A DNA stretch of 62,842 bases, the filler included, from Rhabdomonas costata (taxonomy: Eukaryota), in NCBI GenBank assembly GCA_019059605.1. It is 37 parts of 37 records of this genome, joined end to end, with 100 filler letters (N's around TTAATTAATTAA, not from the genome) between each part and the next. Parts side by side here need not be neighbours in the genome. Positions count along the whole stretch, not along the records: positions 1 to 1,601 come from JAHMHO010012223.1; positions 1,702 to 3,302 come from JAHMHO010012224.1; positions 3,403 to 5,003 come from JAHMHO010012225.1; positions 5,104 to 6,704 come from JAHMHO010012226.1; positions 6,805 to 8,404 come from JAHMHO010012227.1; positions 8,505 to 10,105 come from JAHMHO010012228.1; positions 10,206 to 11,806 come from JAHMHO010012229.1; 30 more parts are not named here. One strand, written 5' to 3'. Of this stretch, positions 1-11,906 are shown in pieces. The notes under the pieces were generated by a model. That model saw only the letters and a list, made by a program, of their open reading frames with translations. It had not been told where the DNA came from and did not search any database. Position 1 is the first letter of the stretch, and each line of letters opens with the position of its first letter. The translations under genes were made by a program, and so were the position numbers.

Positions 1-358
1 GGTGGTGTCCTCTTTGAGGATCCCTCCTGGTGGTGCTTTGTATTATGGTGCTCCTGCAAGGCAGTGCTTAGGCTGCTGCTGATCCTTTTCTTCGTTGATT
101 TTTATGACGGACACTGGTGCCGTTCTGTCAGGGCGTTCGAGTCAGGGCAAGGCGATTTTTCCCGGGGGGGGGGGGGGGTGAAATTCGCATTCTATCCTAA
201 AGTACGTACCATCCCACAACGGAGAACGCCAAAGCCTGTTCAGCAGATGTGTGAAGATGTGAGAGCACCCTTTCGGCGTTCTTTGACTGCAGCCGAGAGT
301 AGAGAGAAAGAGAGAAAGAAACGGTTTCTGAGTGTTGGCTTCTTTTTTCTACTCACAG

Positions 359-850
359 GAGCTACGCGAGAAAGTTAATGCAGCCTCCGCTCTCATTGAG
401 CAAATTCGGCAGGTTCTGACCTCCTCTTTTGCTACTTCCCCGTCTCCATACCCTACCTCTCATCGTTTTCCAGCTAAGTTACACATGACTTTATTGTTTC
501 TGCTGCTTGGACCAATGCTGGATGATCTGTGCTTCGCTCTGAATGGAACACACACACGATCAATGCGGTGGTGCTGCTGCCGTGAACCAGAACTTTTACT
601 GCATATAAAACTGTGATAGTGTGATTGGGCTTTTCCGCAGTGCTCCTTTTTTTGCAATGTTCCTTTGACGCCGTTGGCGTTGGAACCGTCATCCGCTCTG
701 GGTTCTGCTCAGGTGGCATCCCGCAGCAAGGACCGCGCGGAGGTGCTGAAGGCGGTCATTGGGCAGTTCCGTGAGTGGCTCGTCAGCAGTGGGAACATCA
801 AGCAAGTGCTTGACATCCTGTACTACGACGACCGCGGGGATGTCTCGTAG
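359..850 (+). CDS. C-terminal exons of a TBCC-domain-containing protein 1 (TBCCD1/ASQ2)-like gene
   Basis: Exons 359-412 and 713-850 (GT-AG, phase 0) join as ELREKVNAASALIEQIRQ-VASRSKDRAEVLKAVIGQFREWLVSSGNIKQVLDIL...*. This resembles the F[KR][DE]WLxxSGNx[RK]Q C-terminal motif I recall from plant/algal TBCCD1. Confidence 0.55.
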
Positions 851-1601
851 GAGGGCGCCCGTTGGAGTGGAAGACTTGTGCTACCTCTCCTTTTGCCTGC
901 CAGTGGGATGCAGGGTTCCAACCCCACCCATTCATTTCCTGATCGTCGCTGGTTGCCAAACCTTTGTACAAATGTTATCTTGTAAATGCTTGCTGTGTGT
1001 CTCAAGTGCTTGGATTCCAGGGCGGAGAGGTGAATCACTGTGCTGCCTTATGATGTTGGGACGTCGAGCGACGGTGCCGGTGCCGTCAGGGATGTTGCGC
1101 CCGGATATGCTTGAGCGAATATCGGTGGCCAGACGATCGAGTCCGACAAATTACACAATTGCACTTCCCGGCTCTTCTCTTGGTTGGCTTCGTCATCTTT
1201 TTTGCGTGTTCACATTTCTTTGTGTTCCGTTTGTCCCCTTTGGCACCCCCCCCCCTGGATCAATGCAAATTCTTCGCTCAAAAGTTGAACTTTTGTGGCC
1301 CGAGGCTTCCACCATTCCCCCCTGCGCTCCCAGAAAACTTTAGGTGGCTGGCGCCCAGTTTCTCATTCTTCGGCATTTCTTTCTGACCAGGGGCCCCAGC
1401 GGGCGAACTATGCCGCCACACAACCAGTTAAGAAAGACAAGCGCAGACGTATCGAGATGGGCAAGCGGGCGTAATCCTGCCCATATCTTATCCTATCCTG
1501 CCCAACCGCGGATTGATAATTGGACCGCTTGCGGTTGCCGAACTCCGCTGCCCTTGCTCGTTCCTGGTACAGGGCACGGTACACAAAGGCCCAGTCGGAG
1601 T

Positions 1602-1701
1602 NNNNNNNNNNNNNNNNNNNNNNNNNNNNNNNNNNNNNNNNNNNNTTAATTAATTAANNNNNNNNNNNNNNNNNNNNNNNNNNNNNNNNNNNNNNNNNNN
1701 N
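1602..1701. other. Artificial contig spacer N44-TTAATTAATTAA-N44 (first of 36, recurring about every 1.7 kb up to 61143-61242)
   Basis: Identical 100-nt block between all contigs. The 12-mer gives stops in all six frames and contains PacI sites, so it is a concatenation linker and not biological. Confidence 0.99.
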
Positions 1702-3425
1702 TAGAGTAGAAGTTGGACAGAGGGTCGTCTTTTATCGATTTTTTTGTTGGTTGTACAATTGTGGATGGCAAATTGAAACCCGAAAAAAAACCTGCTTGAG
1801 AACCGTCCTGAGGCGGTGCCCAAGAAGGAGTGGTGTGTACGTAGAAAGGCAGGGTAATCTGCTGGGGTAACCTCGTCCACCGCGAGGATCCCCTGGGGTA
1901 CGCATGGTTTAGCGCACTCGGGGAGTGACTTTTTCTTCTGTCCATCCGCGTGTGTTTGTATCATGCTTCTTTTCCTTCTGTTTTAGTTCCGCTGCCTCCT
2001 GAGAAGCTTGCTTTGGTGCCGCTTTGGCGGCTTTAATGTGTTGCTCGATCATGGGCTCCTTCCCAGTCACATCCTCGCCTGCTCTCCTTTGCTCGTTCCC
2101 GGGGACGTCGTGACTGTTAAGTCCTGTGTTGCCCACGTGAAGCCCGAGTTATTTTGGCCTTCGTTTGCTTGCCCCTGCTTTTTGTGTGTCCATGCCGGCG
2201 CCATAGGGACGTGTTCGTTTGCAGATACAATGGCTTTTATGTGAGACAAGGGTGGGAAGGTTTCGGGTTTGTTCCTTTTCTTTTGGCTGCGCATTGTCGG
2301 TTTGCTCTCATGGGCTTGCCTTGGTTTGAATCGTTTTGTGTCCCTCCCCCACTTCAAGGCCTTGTGTCGCAGTGCGTTCGGCCTTCTGTGCAACGCCATC
2401 ACTTTGTTCATCGCTTTGCTTTGCGGCAGTTTAGGCTGTGCGCTGAAATGCCTGTGGACCTCTGTGCGTGTTCTTCGAGACGTGAGTGTATATCAACCCT
2501 GATTTCGAACGTGTGTTCTGTCCATTGGCTCTTTGTCCGTGACACAGGGAGCATGGAAACCTCAGCTGCCAATATTTTGCCAAGGTGTGAGCAAGTGGAG
2601 GGGAGGGGGTCCCGCAATTTTGCAAAACCGAATGACTCTGGCAATTTTTGCCACTCATTGTCACATTGCTCACCCAAAGAGAGACGGTGAGTCACCAGTC
2701 CTCGCATCGAGCCTGTGGCGGTGCTCACAACTCGGCCGCTCATTGCTGGGCGTGCCCCGTGCCCCGGCCTGAGGCAGCAGCCCCACTCCTGGAGCCATGT
2801 CGCCGCGTGCGACAAATAAATACTCCTGGCGCCCTTCCATTGAGATTGCGGCGAAGGTGATGCAGAACCTGAGGGTCGGTTATCAAACAACGAGTGGACC
2901 GAGTAGCTGCACGCTTCCCCCAGCTCCCCAGGGGGACCAACCGAGGCTGCTGCCCGTGCTGCCCACCATACAGCCTCTACGAGCCGAAGAAGGGATCCTC
3001 TCTTATTGAGAGAGTGTCGCCATCAAGGATCCGGCTTTAGCGGGACCCGAGCTCTTGCGCCACCACTCAGTTCCACATTCCTCACCCAAAGAGAGAGAGT
3101 GTGTGTGAGTGTGAGTTTTTGTATGTTTTTCGTTTGCTCCGCAACGTCCGTTTCGCGTGCACGCACGCAAGCATACACACACGAAATGGATTCGGCAGCG
3201 AGCCGGTACCCAACGGCACTGTTTGGTCTAAAGGTACATCTGATGAGCACCCGTGGTCAACCGAGCGTGCGCCCGTCTGTCCACAGCGGTCACCAACAAA
3301 ACNNNNNNNNNNNNNNNNNNNNNNNNNNNNNNNNNNNNNNNNNNNNTTAATTAATTAANNNNNNNNNNNNNNNNNNNNNNNNNNNNNNNNNNNNNNNNNN
3401 NNCCCTCTCGGGGGGGGGGGCACAG

Positions 3426-4570
3426 GTGCGCCTGTGGCCTTGTCGTGTTACTTTCCGTGGGCCTGGTGCTGTACGTGCGGAGGAGCCTCCGCGCCAGCAT
3501 GCGGAGCTTCCGCTTGGCCCATGCCCGACAGCTCGCGGATAACATGCTGGCCGGCGAGATCGCCCGCCGAATCGCGGTGTGCGTGGGTGTCTTGCATCGC
3601 ACACCATATCAGATATCAGGGATATGATGTGCCGATGGAGGTCCTGAAAACCAGGATAGGATAAAACCAAGATGTCATATTCCTTATTCGTATTTTATGA
3701 TGGGATTATCTCGAAGGTGAGCGAGAGTCAGAGACAAACAAGTAAATGAAAGCAGAGACCCATTTATTTATATGGTTCTCTGGTGCACTCGTCGTGGCCG
3801 TGAATGGGTTCTCTTTGGTTTCCAGAAAACGTGTGTCGCAACGGCAGTGTCCAAAAGTGTGGTAACTTTGTTGACCAAGCAAGCAAGAACGCTAGAAAAA
3901 GCAGTGGAAAGTGTGCTAAGGATATCTCCACCCCGTTCCTTGGTATCCATGGTTCAGGTTATGGACTTGGCCGACATGGAGAAGGTGTTTGCCAACGAAA
4001 CGAGTCCCTTGGTCTCTGTTTTGGAAGTACGTGTGCAGACACTTCTCCTCCTCCTCCTCCTCCTCCTTACCGCGGCTTTTGTTGTTCCGCAGTCGGGCCA
4101 AAATAGTTCTGGAGGTTGTGGTCAGTGATGTCACCTGGGATCGAAAGAACCGTGAACTGTGACCTCTGATGAACCCCCCTTTCCCCTTGCTCGTGACAAC
4201 CCATCATCCTCTGTTTACGTTTCGGTCACATTCTGCTCCAATTTTCAGTCGATATACTCCCGAGAAAAATATGAAATCTGCGATTGAGTCGCTCTTGCCG
4301 AACGGTGCTCATGTGTCTGTGCGTCTTAAAAGCAAATCCTCGTTTAACAAGAGAGTGTGGTGTTGGTGGGTGCATTTTTTCCGCCTGGGTGTGATTAATA
4401 GTTGCGGAGCTTTTTTTTTGTCGTTCGTGTTGCTCTCTCTTTTTGATTGGATTCTGAACGTGCCGCTGCCTGGCCGTGCGACCAGTTTTGAGGGTTGTGG
4501 GGGCACCCAGGAGATCGTGGGGCATCTTCGTCTGTACCTACCGTACATACCGGAGGCGGTGTTGCAAATG
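3426..4570 (+). CDS. Internal exons of a euglenozoan receptor-type adenylate-cyclase-like protein (TM plus juxtamembrane linker)
   Basis: Exons 3426-3576, 3958-4026 and 4511-4570 joined by phase-0 GT-AG introns: TM...NMLAGEIARRIA-VMDLADMEK...VSVLE-EIVGHLRLYLPYIPEAVLQM. Paralogous to 52741-53917. The cyclase domain itself is not in the contig. Confidence 0.6.
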
Positions 4571-5103
4571 GTACGGGGAGGTGGCGATCACAGCTTTGAT
4601 CTCCTTCCCAACCTAACCTCTGAAATTCGCACCAGGTTTGTGTGGTTATGCGGGACTGTAGGCGTACGAGAGTAATGATGGTCGATGATGCGGTGGAAAG
4701 TGTTGTCGATGAAGCAACTGGGGGTTCCTGCTGTGTGTGTGTGTGGGCGGGGTCCCTTGCCTGGGCTTGAGCGGGCCTCTGCAACATTGACGAAGCAAAG
4801 CGATTATGCGGTTTGGATCAGAACGATTCCTGGTGGGCATGATGCACTTTTCTTGAACCAGGTGGACCACTCCACCTCCGTGCCCAATTTCTGTTCCTAC
4901 CTCGCCTCACAGACACATACACAAGCCCACGCACACACGTGCAAACGCCCACGCCCCTCGCCCACGCCCTGCCAACCCCATGCCAACACAGCACAACCCC
5001 AACNNNNNNNNNNNNNNNNNNNNNNNNNNNNNNNNNNNNNNNNNNNNTTAATTAATTAANNNNNNNNNNNNNNNNNNNNNNNNNNNNNNNNNNNNNNNNN
5101 NNN

Positions 5104-5959
5104 GGGTTGGGGTAACTGGTGGCACTCCATGGTGGCGTTGCAGTTCAACAGGAGTACCCGGGCGCGGCCCGAGGAGCGCACCCAGGCCACGAAGTTGAAC
5201 AAAGGGGCGAAGTCGGTCTGGAAAAGGTGTCTCGGAAGGCCATTCCAGACCACCACCAACGGCAAGTTGTTATCCGGGGCGAGGAAAGGGATTGCAAGGG
5301 ATAAGCGCATAATAATACAGTAATGGGCAACGGTTTACAAGGAGGCGGGCTCCACATGCCCTCTTCCCTGTTTTATGACAGACGGCAGCTGAACATGTAA
5401 TTTACACCGGGTCCGTTGTAAGGCATGTTTCAGGTGTTTGTATGGGAAGGGAAGGGGGGGGGGGTTCCGGCTGACTGACTGACAGCAGACTTTTGGGATT
5501 ATGACGGTTAACGTCAGGGCAATCCTCACCCAATGCAGACACGGCGCAGCGACAGTTAGACTGCGCTGACAGACGGAATGCGGCTCCCAGGACAGGAATA
5601 CGAATATCCACAGCAATCGATCCGGGGCCCAAACCAGTGCCGATGCCCGAAGAAGCTCTTCGGGCTCCATCCCCGACCTTCGAGTGGGACACAGTCCCGT
5701 TGACACTATCTCTGACAACCCAGGGTTGCCCCAGTGAGGCTGTGAAGGGGGCTGGTGACGGCGAAGCGCGCGGCCTCTCCTCTAGAGCTCTCCCTTGGGC
5801 CTCCCGGAGCAGCTTCCGTAGATGAGTCACCTCCAGAACCAGAGCAGAGTTCTCCGCCTCCTGCTGGTTGCGTTGCAGCCGCAGCGAGACCAGCTGCAGG
5901 GCGGCCAGCAGGGTGGCCACCAGCACGGCAAGATAGCGCAGCCCCCTCGCAACAGCCAT
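5104..5959 (-). CDS. Type II membrane protein, 5' exons (N-terminal TM, coiled-coil stem); function unknown
   Basis: ORF from ATG 5959: MAVARGLRYLAVLVATLLAALQLVSL... A second coding-like segment lies at 5273-5104 (DNNLPLVVVWNGLPRHLFQTDFAPLFNFVAWV...). The intron boundaries are ambiguous (see findings). Confidence 0.55.
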
Positions 5960-6804
5960 GCATCATATCCAAAGCACTCTGGACAAGACACTGCAGAGCC
6001 AAAGCTCTTCGAGCCAAATCACAGGAGGGAGAAACGATGCGTTCGCGATGTGCAAGTATGTGTTCCACATAATATATGGCTCCACTTATTATAAAGTAAC
6101 ATCAGCTGGGACGGTTCACCTCCGTGAATATAACGCTCTGGCAGCGCCGCGAACAGGCCCCGGCAAACTTATACACTGTCCCAGTCACCCAAACCAAAAG
6201 AAGTTGTTTTACGTCATGTTAAACGGCCCAGCACCCCGAAATTCCGGTACATTACAAAACGGAATGCACAAAGAACAACCAACAATTGTCCCTGTAGCTG
6301 CGTTTAACACCTCTGAGCATGCACAGTTTGTCCCACTCTTTTCTGAATCAACAGCCCTTTTCAATTCAAGGAAACGCCGCGTAGGCGGTCAAAAGGGCGA
6401 AGCTCGGTCGCTGGTATGACAGTTCTTATCGCTGTTCTGGGAATCAATGCTCTTCTTTGAGGTTTAAATGGCTGCATTTCTCAAACATTTACCGGCATTC
6501 AACAACAATTGTTGAGTGGGCTCGCCCGTGAGCATGGGGTGCCAGTGATGCAGCGACGCGGTGATTTTTGTGGGCTACAGGCGGCCACATGCCAGTTGCC
6601 GAGCCCCTTTCGGCGTGGGTGGTTCGTTGTAAAGTACGTTGTGGGTGCTGTCGTAAACCCTCCGCTGCGTGGGGCAAGAAGCGGCGCAAAAGGGTTACGA
6701 AAGANNNNNNNNNNNNNNNNNNNNNNNNNNNNNNNNNNNNNNNNNNNNTTAATTAATTAANNNNNNNNNNNNNNNNNNNNNNNNNNNNNNNNNNNNNNNN
6801 NNNN

Positions 6805-8404
6805 GGTTGGTGGTCCGCTTTGCATCTCTGACACACATCACATGTACGAACATAAGTTCGCACCTTCTCTTGATGTTCTTGAACGTGTAGCGCTCTTGGA
6901 TCTTGATCATTGCGGCCGTCCTGGACACTTCACAATTCCATGCTTCCGGAAAATAGTTGTGCCGCGAAATCACCTCTAACTCCTTCTGAAAAGGTACCAC
7001 GATCTTCTCAATCTCCCAACGTCTACCATTGGTGCCACTTTGTATGGTCAAACAACTCTACAGTGGTCAAGTTGAAATAACTCTTCCGCACTACTGGGTA
7101 AAGCCAGTAGTCGTCCCACCAATCCTCTGGATCACCTGCTCCTGCCACCCTTAAATGTGCACAGAGCGGTCCATCGAACATCAAATTTCAACAAACACTA
7201 CATCTCTGCAAATCCCAGATTTGCCTCGTCCACTGGGTGCCTAGATAAGGCATTTGCAGCGGCAGTTTGCCTTCCAGTAATGTGGGCAATCTGCAAATTA
7301 TATCTCTGCAATCTCTCAGCCACCGCATTTGCCTTGGTACAGGCCGGTGTTTCTTCTGCAAATAGCTTAATGTCAAGTTGTCTGTGTAAACTCTGAAATC
7401 TGAACCCACCAAGTAATGCCTCCATTCTTCCAACGTGTCTCCCAACGCTAGCATCTTCTTCTCGTGCACTGGGTAGTTTTTCTATGCAGCGAACATATTT
7501 CTGTAACGACACGTAACGAAATTTATGTTGCCATCTTCCCATTGTTGTTAAAGCGTGGCTCAAACCACCACATGTGAAGCATCCGTTTGAAGCACCATTG
7601 TTTTCGTAAATCTGGCACGACAAAAACTGATGATTTTAACAGTCTGGCTTTCAAAATTTGAAACGCGGTCTCCTGCGCTTCACTACAAACTTACTCATTA
7701 TTCATCATCAATAAAGTCAGTGGGCTGCAACTGTGGAGTAATCTTCCCCGAATATCTGGTAAAACCCACACAACCCAAGAAAACTCTTCACCTCTGTAGG
7801 GTTCCGCAACTGTGGCCATTCACATACGGTCATTAACTTCCTCAGCTGTGGTATAATCACATTTATCTCACAATAAATCCACAATACTCAACTTCTGGCT
7901 GTGCAAAAATGCACTTTTATGGATTTTCAAAAAGCGTCTCTTTATGCAACCTCTGGTACAACACCATAAAAGCTTCTACACGGGCTTCCAAGGTCTCCGT
8001 ATGGACGAGAATGTTGTCCGAGTACGCACCTGTAGTCTCTCGAAGATCCTCAAGAACGAAGTCCATGGTTCTATGGAACTTGGATGGATCATTGCACAAC
8101 CAAAATGGCATGACTCTGAATTGTAACAAACCTTACATTGTCTTTAATGCCGTTCCCTCCACATGCTCTTTGGATGAATGCTGATATGATGGAACCACGC
8201 ATGCAAATTTATTTTGTAAAACCACTTCGCCTTTCCGCGTGATCAATCATCTCGCCAATTAGGGGTAAATGGTATGCATCTGTAACAGTGATCGCATTCA
8301 ACGGCCTGTAATTCACGCACACCCACAACTTGCCGTTGCCTTTGCAACGAACAACACACCTGCGCCATAATGCGAGGTTGCTGGCTCTATAAAACCAAGC
8401 TCCT
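6805..8404 (-). mobile_element. Decayed Ty3/Gypsy LTR retrotransposon pol (RT-RNase H-start of integrase)
   Basis: Degenerate motifs in the expected order: GFIEPATSHYGAGV, GKLWVCVNYRPLN, DAYHLPLI, FRVMPFWLCNDP, YSDNILVH (YxDD), KCIFAQPEVEYCG, HEKKMLA...WRHYLVG..F.VYTD, RWL/HITG...ANALSR. Several stops and frameshifts. Confidence 0.93.
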
Positions 8405-8739
8405 NNNNNNNNNNNNNNNNNNNNNNNNNNNNNNNNNNNNNNNNNNNNTTAATTAATTAANNNNNNNNNNNNNNNNNNNNNNNNNNNNNNNNNNNNNNNN
8501 NNNNTTTTTGTGGGAGATTCATCGTTGTTGCTGAGTTTTTGGAGGTTGAGAGCACCGCGAACCGGGAGTGGGGGGGGGGGGTCGGAATCTGAAGGTTATT
8601 TGGCTACACATAATTTTCACTGCTACTGCACTTCAAAGCCGTCATATGCAGGTAAGTGAAGGGAGAATGGGAGGGATTGCACTGTGTGGAAGAAGTGCAG
8701 ATCAGTTTTTCAGTCATCCGCGATGACGGGGCTGCGGCT

Positions 8740-9469
8740 AAGTCTTCCGTCCTTACCCATGCTTGCAGGGTGGAGGGAAGTCATACTGCTGTATCGAGGA
8801 TCCCATCCGCCCCGAAGTCAACCTTGCCGGCCACTTGAGCCATGCTCAGATGAAGGTTCTGCACTGGGAGCTCCGGCGCGCGTTTGAGATTCTGAGGCTC
8901 TTCAAGAACCTGGATCAGATCTGTGAAGCGTACACCGAGTAACGCTCCTCCCCTTCACCCCCGCCCTCGCGGGGCCATCGGACTTCGAAGAAATGCCCCA
9001 GCTCCAGCTGCCGAGTTCCGCCTCCGCTGGGACTGTCTGTGTGTGAGTGCGTGTGCGTCTGGGGTGTTCGAGGGAGCCCTGGAACGTTGTGGGGACCTTT
9101 TTTTGTAATCTTTCTCAGCTGAGATTCGGGGCCTGTGAACGCACACCACGAGGTGTTGTCTTTCCCCCCAATGGAGGGATTGTGTGCCCGTGGATTTTGC
9201 TCTCTGGTTTGCTTCCGGTGGCTTCCAGTTCCTTTGCGGTCTGTCAACTGGCGGTGTGGTCGGTGCATCTTTGCCGTTAATAGTTTCATGTGATGAGGCG
9301 GTTGTGGACGGGTGAGTGCTGAGGAAATTGGAGGGGGTGTGTGTGTGAGTATATTCTGCTTCTGGGTTTGTGTGACCTTCAAAGGCGCAGGACGATTTTC
9401 CTGGTAGTGTGGCGCTGCATTTTCCTTGTTCAGGAGAAGCCTCCAATACTGATTGAAATCAAAATAATC
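8740..9469 (-). CDS. Probable exons of a hypothetical protein
   Basis: AG/GT-bounded segment DYFDFNQYWRLLLNKENAAPHYQENRPAPLK and a later LIQVLEEPQNLKRAPELPVQNLHL... segment. No recognisable domain; boundaries approximate. Confidence 0.3.
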
Positions 9470-10501
9470 CTGCATTGAGCCCATCCCGTGCCATGATGCA
9501 AACCAAAATGTGTGCATATCCATCCGCTTGCACAGGGTGTGGTCCAGGGTCCCATGCCAGGAATTAGTGGCGAGTAACATTTTGGAGGTTATGCTCGGAC
9601 GACTGAGTTTTGTCTCGTCTGATCTGATGACAAATTAAGCAGACATCCAAAACAAATTTCATGTCCCATGGTTTCTTTTGTGTAAGGGATATGGGATATT
9701 TGATCTGTGGAATGACACCATGCTTTTATGAAGCAATTAAGGCAATACCACCTGGCTTAAGCCAATCATGAATCATCCACATTCAATGGGTAGAGCACGG
9801 CCGCTTTGGTGTGAAATGGAAAATTCTTTGCTTCATCGGTACGGTGGACGTCTGCCGAAATATTTCCGATATTCAGGTCCTTTTTCAAAAGTTCAATAAT
9901 AAAATTAAGACCTGTATCGTGCCAGTTGTGGTTATAAATTTAAACGGAAACAATACCGCGCACAGCCATCCACATTGCCAGCCGTGATGGCAAGCAACGG
10001 CTGCACTCAGCACAACCGGTGGTGACAGAAGATCTTGTGCGTTCCGCTCCACAAAAACAAATGATTCCTGCATGTCACAATTCCCGATAGTGCGCCAAAA
10101 CACACNNNNNNNNNNNNNNNNNNNNNNNNNNNNNNNNNNNNNNNNNNNNTTAATTAATTAANNNNNNNNNNNNNNNNNNNNNNNNNNNNNNNNNNNNNNN
10201 NNNNNTGTGGGGGGGGCCGCCGGGGCACTGGCCTTCGCACCTAAACTAATCAAAACCCCCCTCCCCCCAATGGTCCCTTGCCCTGGTGCTGTCGATTCCC
10301 TTTGGTGGTAGCATAACGACTCTGATTTCTTGCGATGCTCGATGGTCCATTTGTGCCTCTGAACCGTGGGTTCGTCTCTGAGCGGATTCGTTCCAGGTGC
10401 AAATCCCTCGCGTGCACTTGGGGCGGGCCGTGTTGCCGCGGCTGCGCCTTGACGCCACCTTGGCTCGCTCGCGAGAATGGTGGCGTCCCACTAAGTTCCT
10501 T

Positions 10502-10505
<4 letters not shown>

Positions 10506-10537
<32 letters not shown>
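10506..10537. repeat. (TG)16 microsatellite
   Basis: Direct reading. Confidence 0.95.
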
Positions 10538-10539
<2 letters not shown>

Positions 10540-10607
10540 TGTGGGATAAATCGTATGATGGTGAAGTGTTTATTCTCTCAAGGAGAACAATATTCCCTGG
10601 AGTGCGG

Positions 10608-10844
10608 TCAAACAGACACACGAAGTTGGTGAGGGTCATAGTCGATCTGCGAGAGGTACTTCATAAACGTCCGAGTCACCCCTGGATTCGGTTGCGGATT
10701 GTCTTGGGTCCGCCCCGGCGCACCGCGGAAGGCCTGCCCGCCGAAAGGCCTCTGCGGTTGCCCAACTGAACAGGTCAGGCCAAGCCAAACCATAAGCGAC
10801 GCCAACAACAGGGGAAGCGCACGAGAGTGGACGCATGTCCCCAT
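10608..10844 (-). CDS. Probable first exon of a secreted protein
   Basis: MGTCVHSRALPLLLASLMVWLGLTCSVG signal-peptide-like start, with a GT donor near 10620. Confidence 0.35.
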   Translation of the reverse strand: MGTCVHSRALPLLLASLMVWLGLTCSVGQPQRPFGGQAFRGAPGRTQDNPQPNPGVTRTFMKYLSQIDYDPHQLRVSV

Positions 10845-11489
10845 TACAAAATCAAGGCGGGCTCAGTTAAGGGATGGAAAGGTGCAGCAGAACAGAGACA
10901 GATATTTCTGGGAAAGGAAGGGAAAATCTTTCCACTCCAAAAGCCAGCGAAGGGTCAATGGCAATGTCATGACTCACCGCCGCGTAACATGTTTCAACTC
11001 TAGCGGCGGCGCCCAAAAAATAATCGTTCCGTAAAATCCCGAAACGTTTGTCGGCGTTGAACGTTTCACCCCCCCCCCCTTAATTACAACTACCTTACAC
11101 TTTCTGGGGCTTCGCTGTCATTCCCACTCGTCCCGAGAAATGGCTGTCCAGGAAGGGCTGAGGAGCGGTACAAGCGGAAGAAAAACGTGGACGCATAGCA
11201 ACACTACAGCTACGCGAATGAATACTCCGAGCTAAGGTACGTTACGTCCGAAACTCGAAACAAATACCACGAAGATGACATGAACGCTCGGAGTGGCAAC
11301 CGCAAAAGTCTCTGAACGCCAAACCAAACCAAAAGAACATATCTACGGGACACTGGATCAGTTCACCTAACCCTACATAATCCTGCCTGCCAAATCCCCT
11401 TTCAGTAAAAAAAAATTGCGTCAAGGGTGCATCGGCTATCTTATCATTTTTTCGTGTTAAACAAAAACAAAAACAATAATGACAAAAAA

Positions 11490-11666
11490 CTAAAGTTCGA
11501 AACCCACAGGCTGCGGGTGCGAGCGCGGGCTTAGCGCTCTCTGCTCGTGGAGCCTCCGAAAAAAGCGCATTAGCTCCGTGGCCATAATCGTGGCGAAGAT
11601 AAAGCATGCGCTGATCGCGATGTACATCGTGACGTAGTTCTTGTACGGGGTCACGGGAAGGCCAGG
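11490..11666 (-). CDS. Terminal exon of a single-pass membrane protein
   Basis: Acceptor CAG, then 59 codons: PGLPVTPYKNYVTMYIAISACFIFATIMATELMRFFRRLHEQR...FEL* (TM plus basic stop-transfer). Confidence 0.55.
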   Translation of the reverse strand, partial: PGLPVTPYKNYVTMYIAISACFIFATIMATELMRFFRRLHEQRALSPRSHPQPVGFEL

Positions 11667-11906
11667 CTGAGCATACTAGTGATGTCCAGAACCCTCGTGG
11701 CCATAATGCAAGGGAGAAAGAGTTTTGAATAATTTCCCAGAACAGTGTCAAACGCTTAGCGCCTTTAAACAGCAAAAGGCAAAGTTTAGCATGACCCCCC
11801 CCACCCNNNNNNNNNNNNNNNNNNNNNNNNNNNNNNNNNNNNNNNNNNNNTTAATTAATTAANNNNNNNNNNNNNNNNNNNNNNNNNNNNNNNNNNNNNN
11901 NNNNNN

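Noticed and set aside
325-349. TTTCTGAGTGT...TTTTTT resembling the Euglena spliced leader
   Set aside because: Only an 11-nt match, lying in the pyrimidine tract of an intron, with no SL-RNA donor or Sm-site context.
4511-4570. LYLPYIPEAV resembling acetyl-CoA synthetase
   Set aside because: Flanking exons fit the receptor-cyclase linker paralog (KYIPQAVL at ~53340), not ACS.
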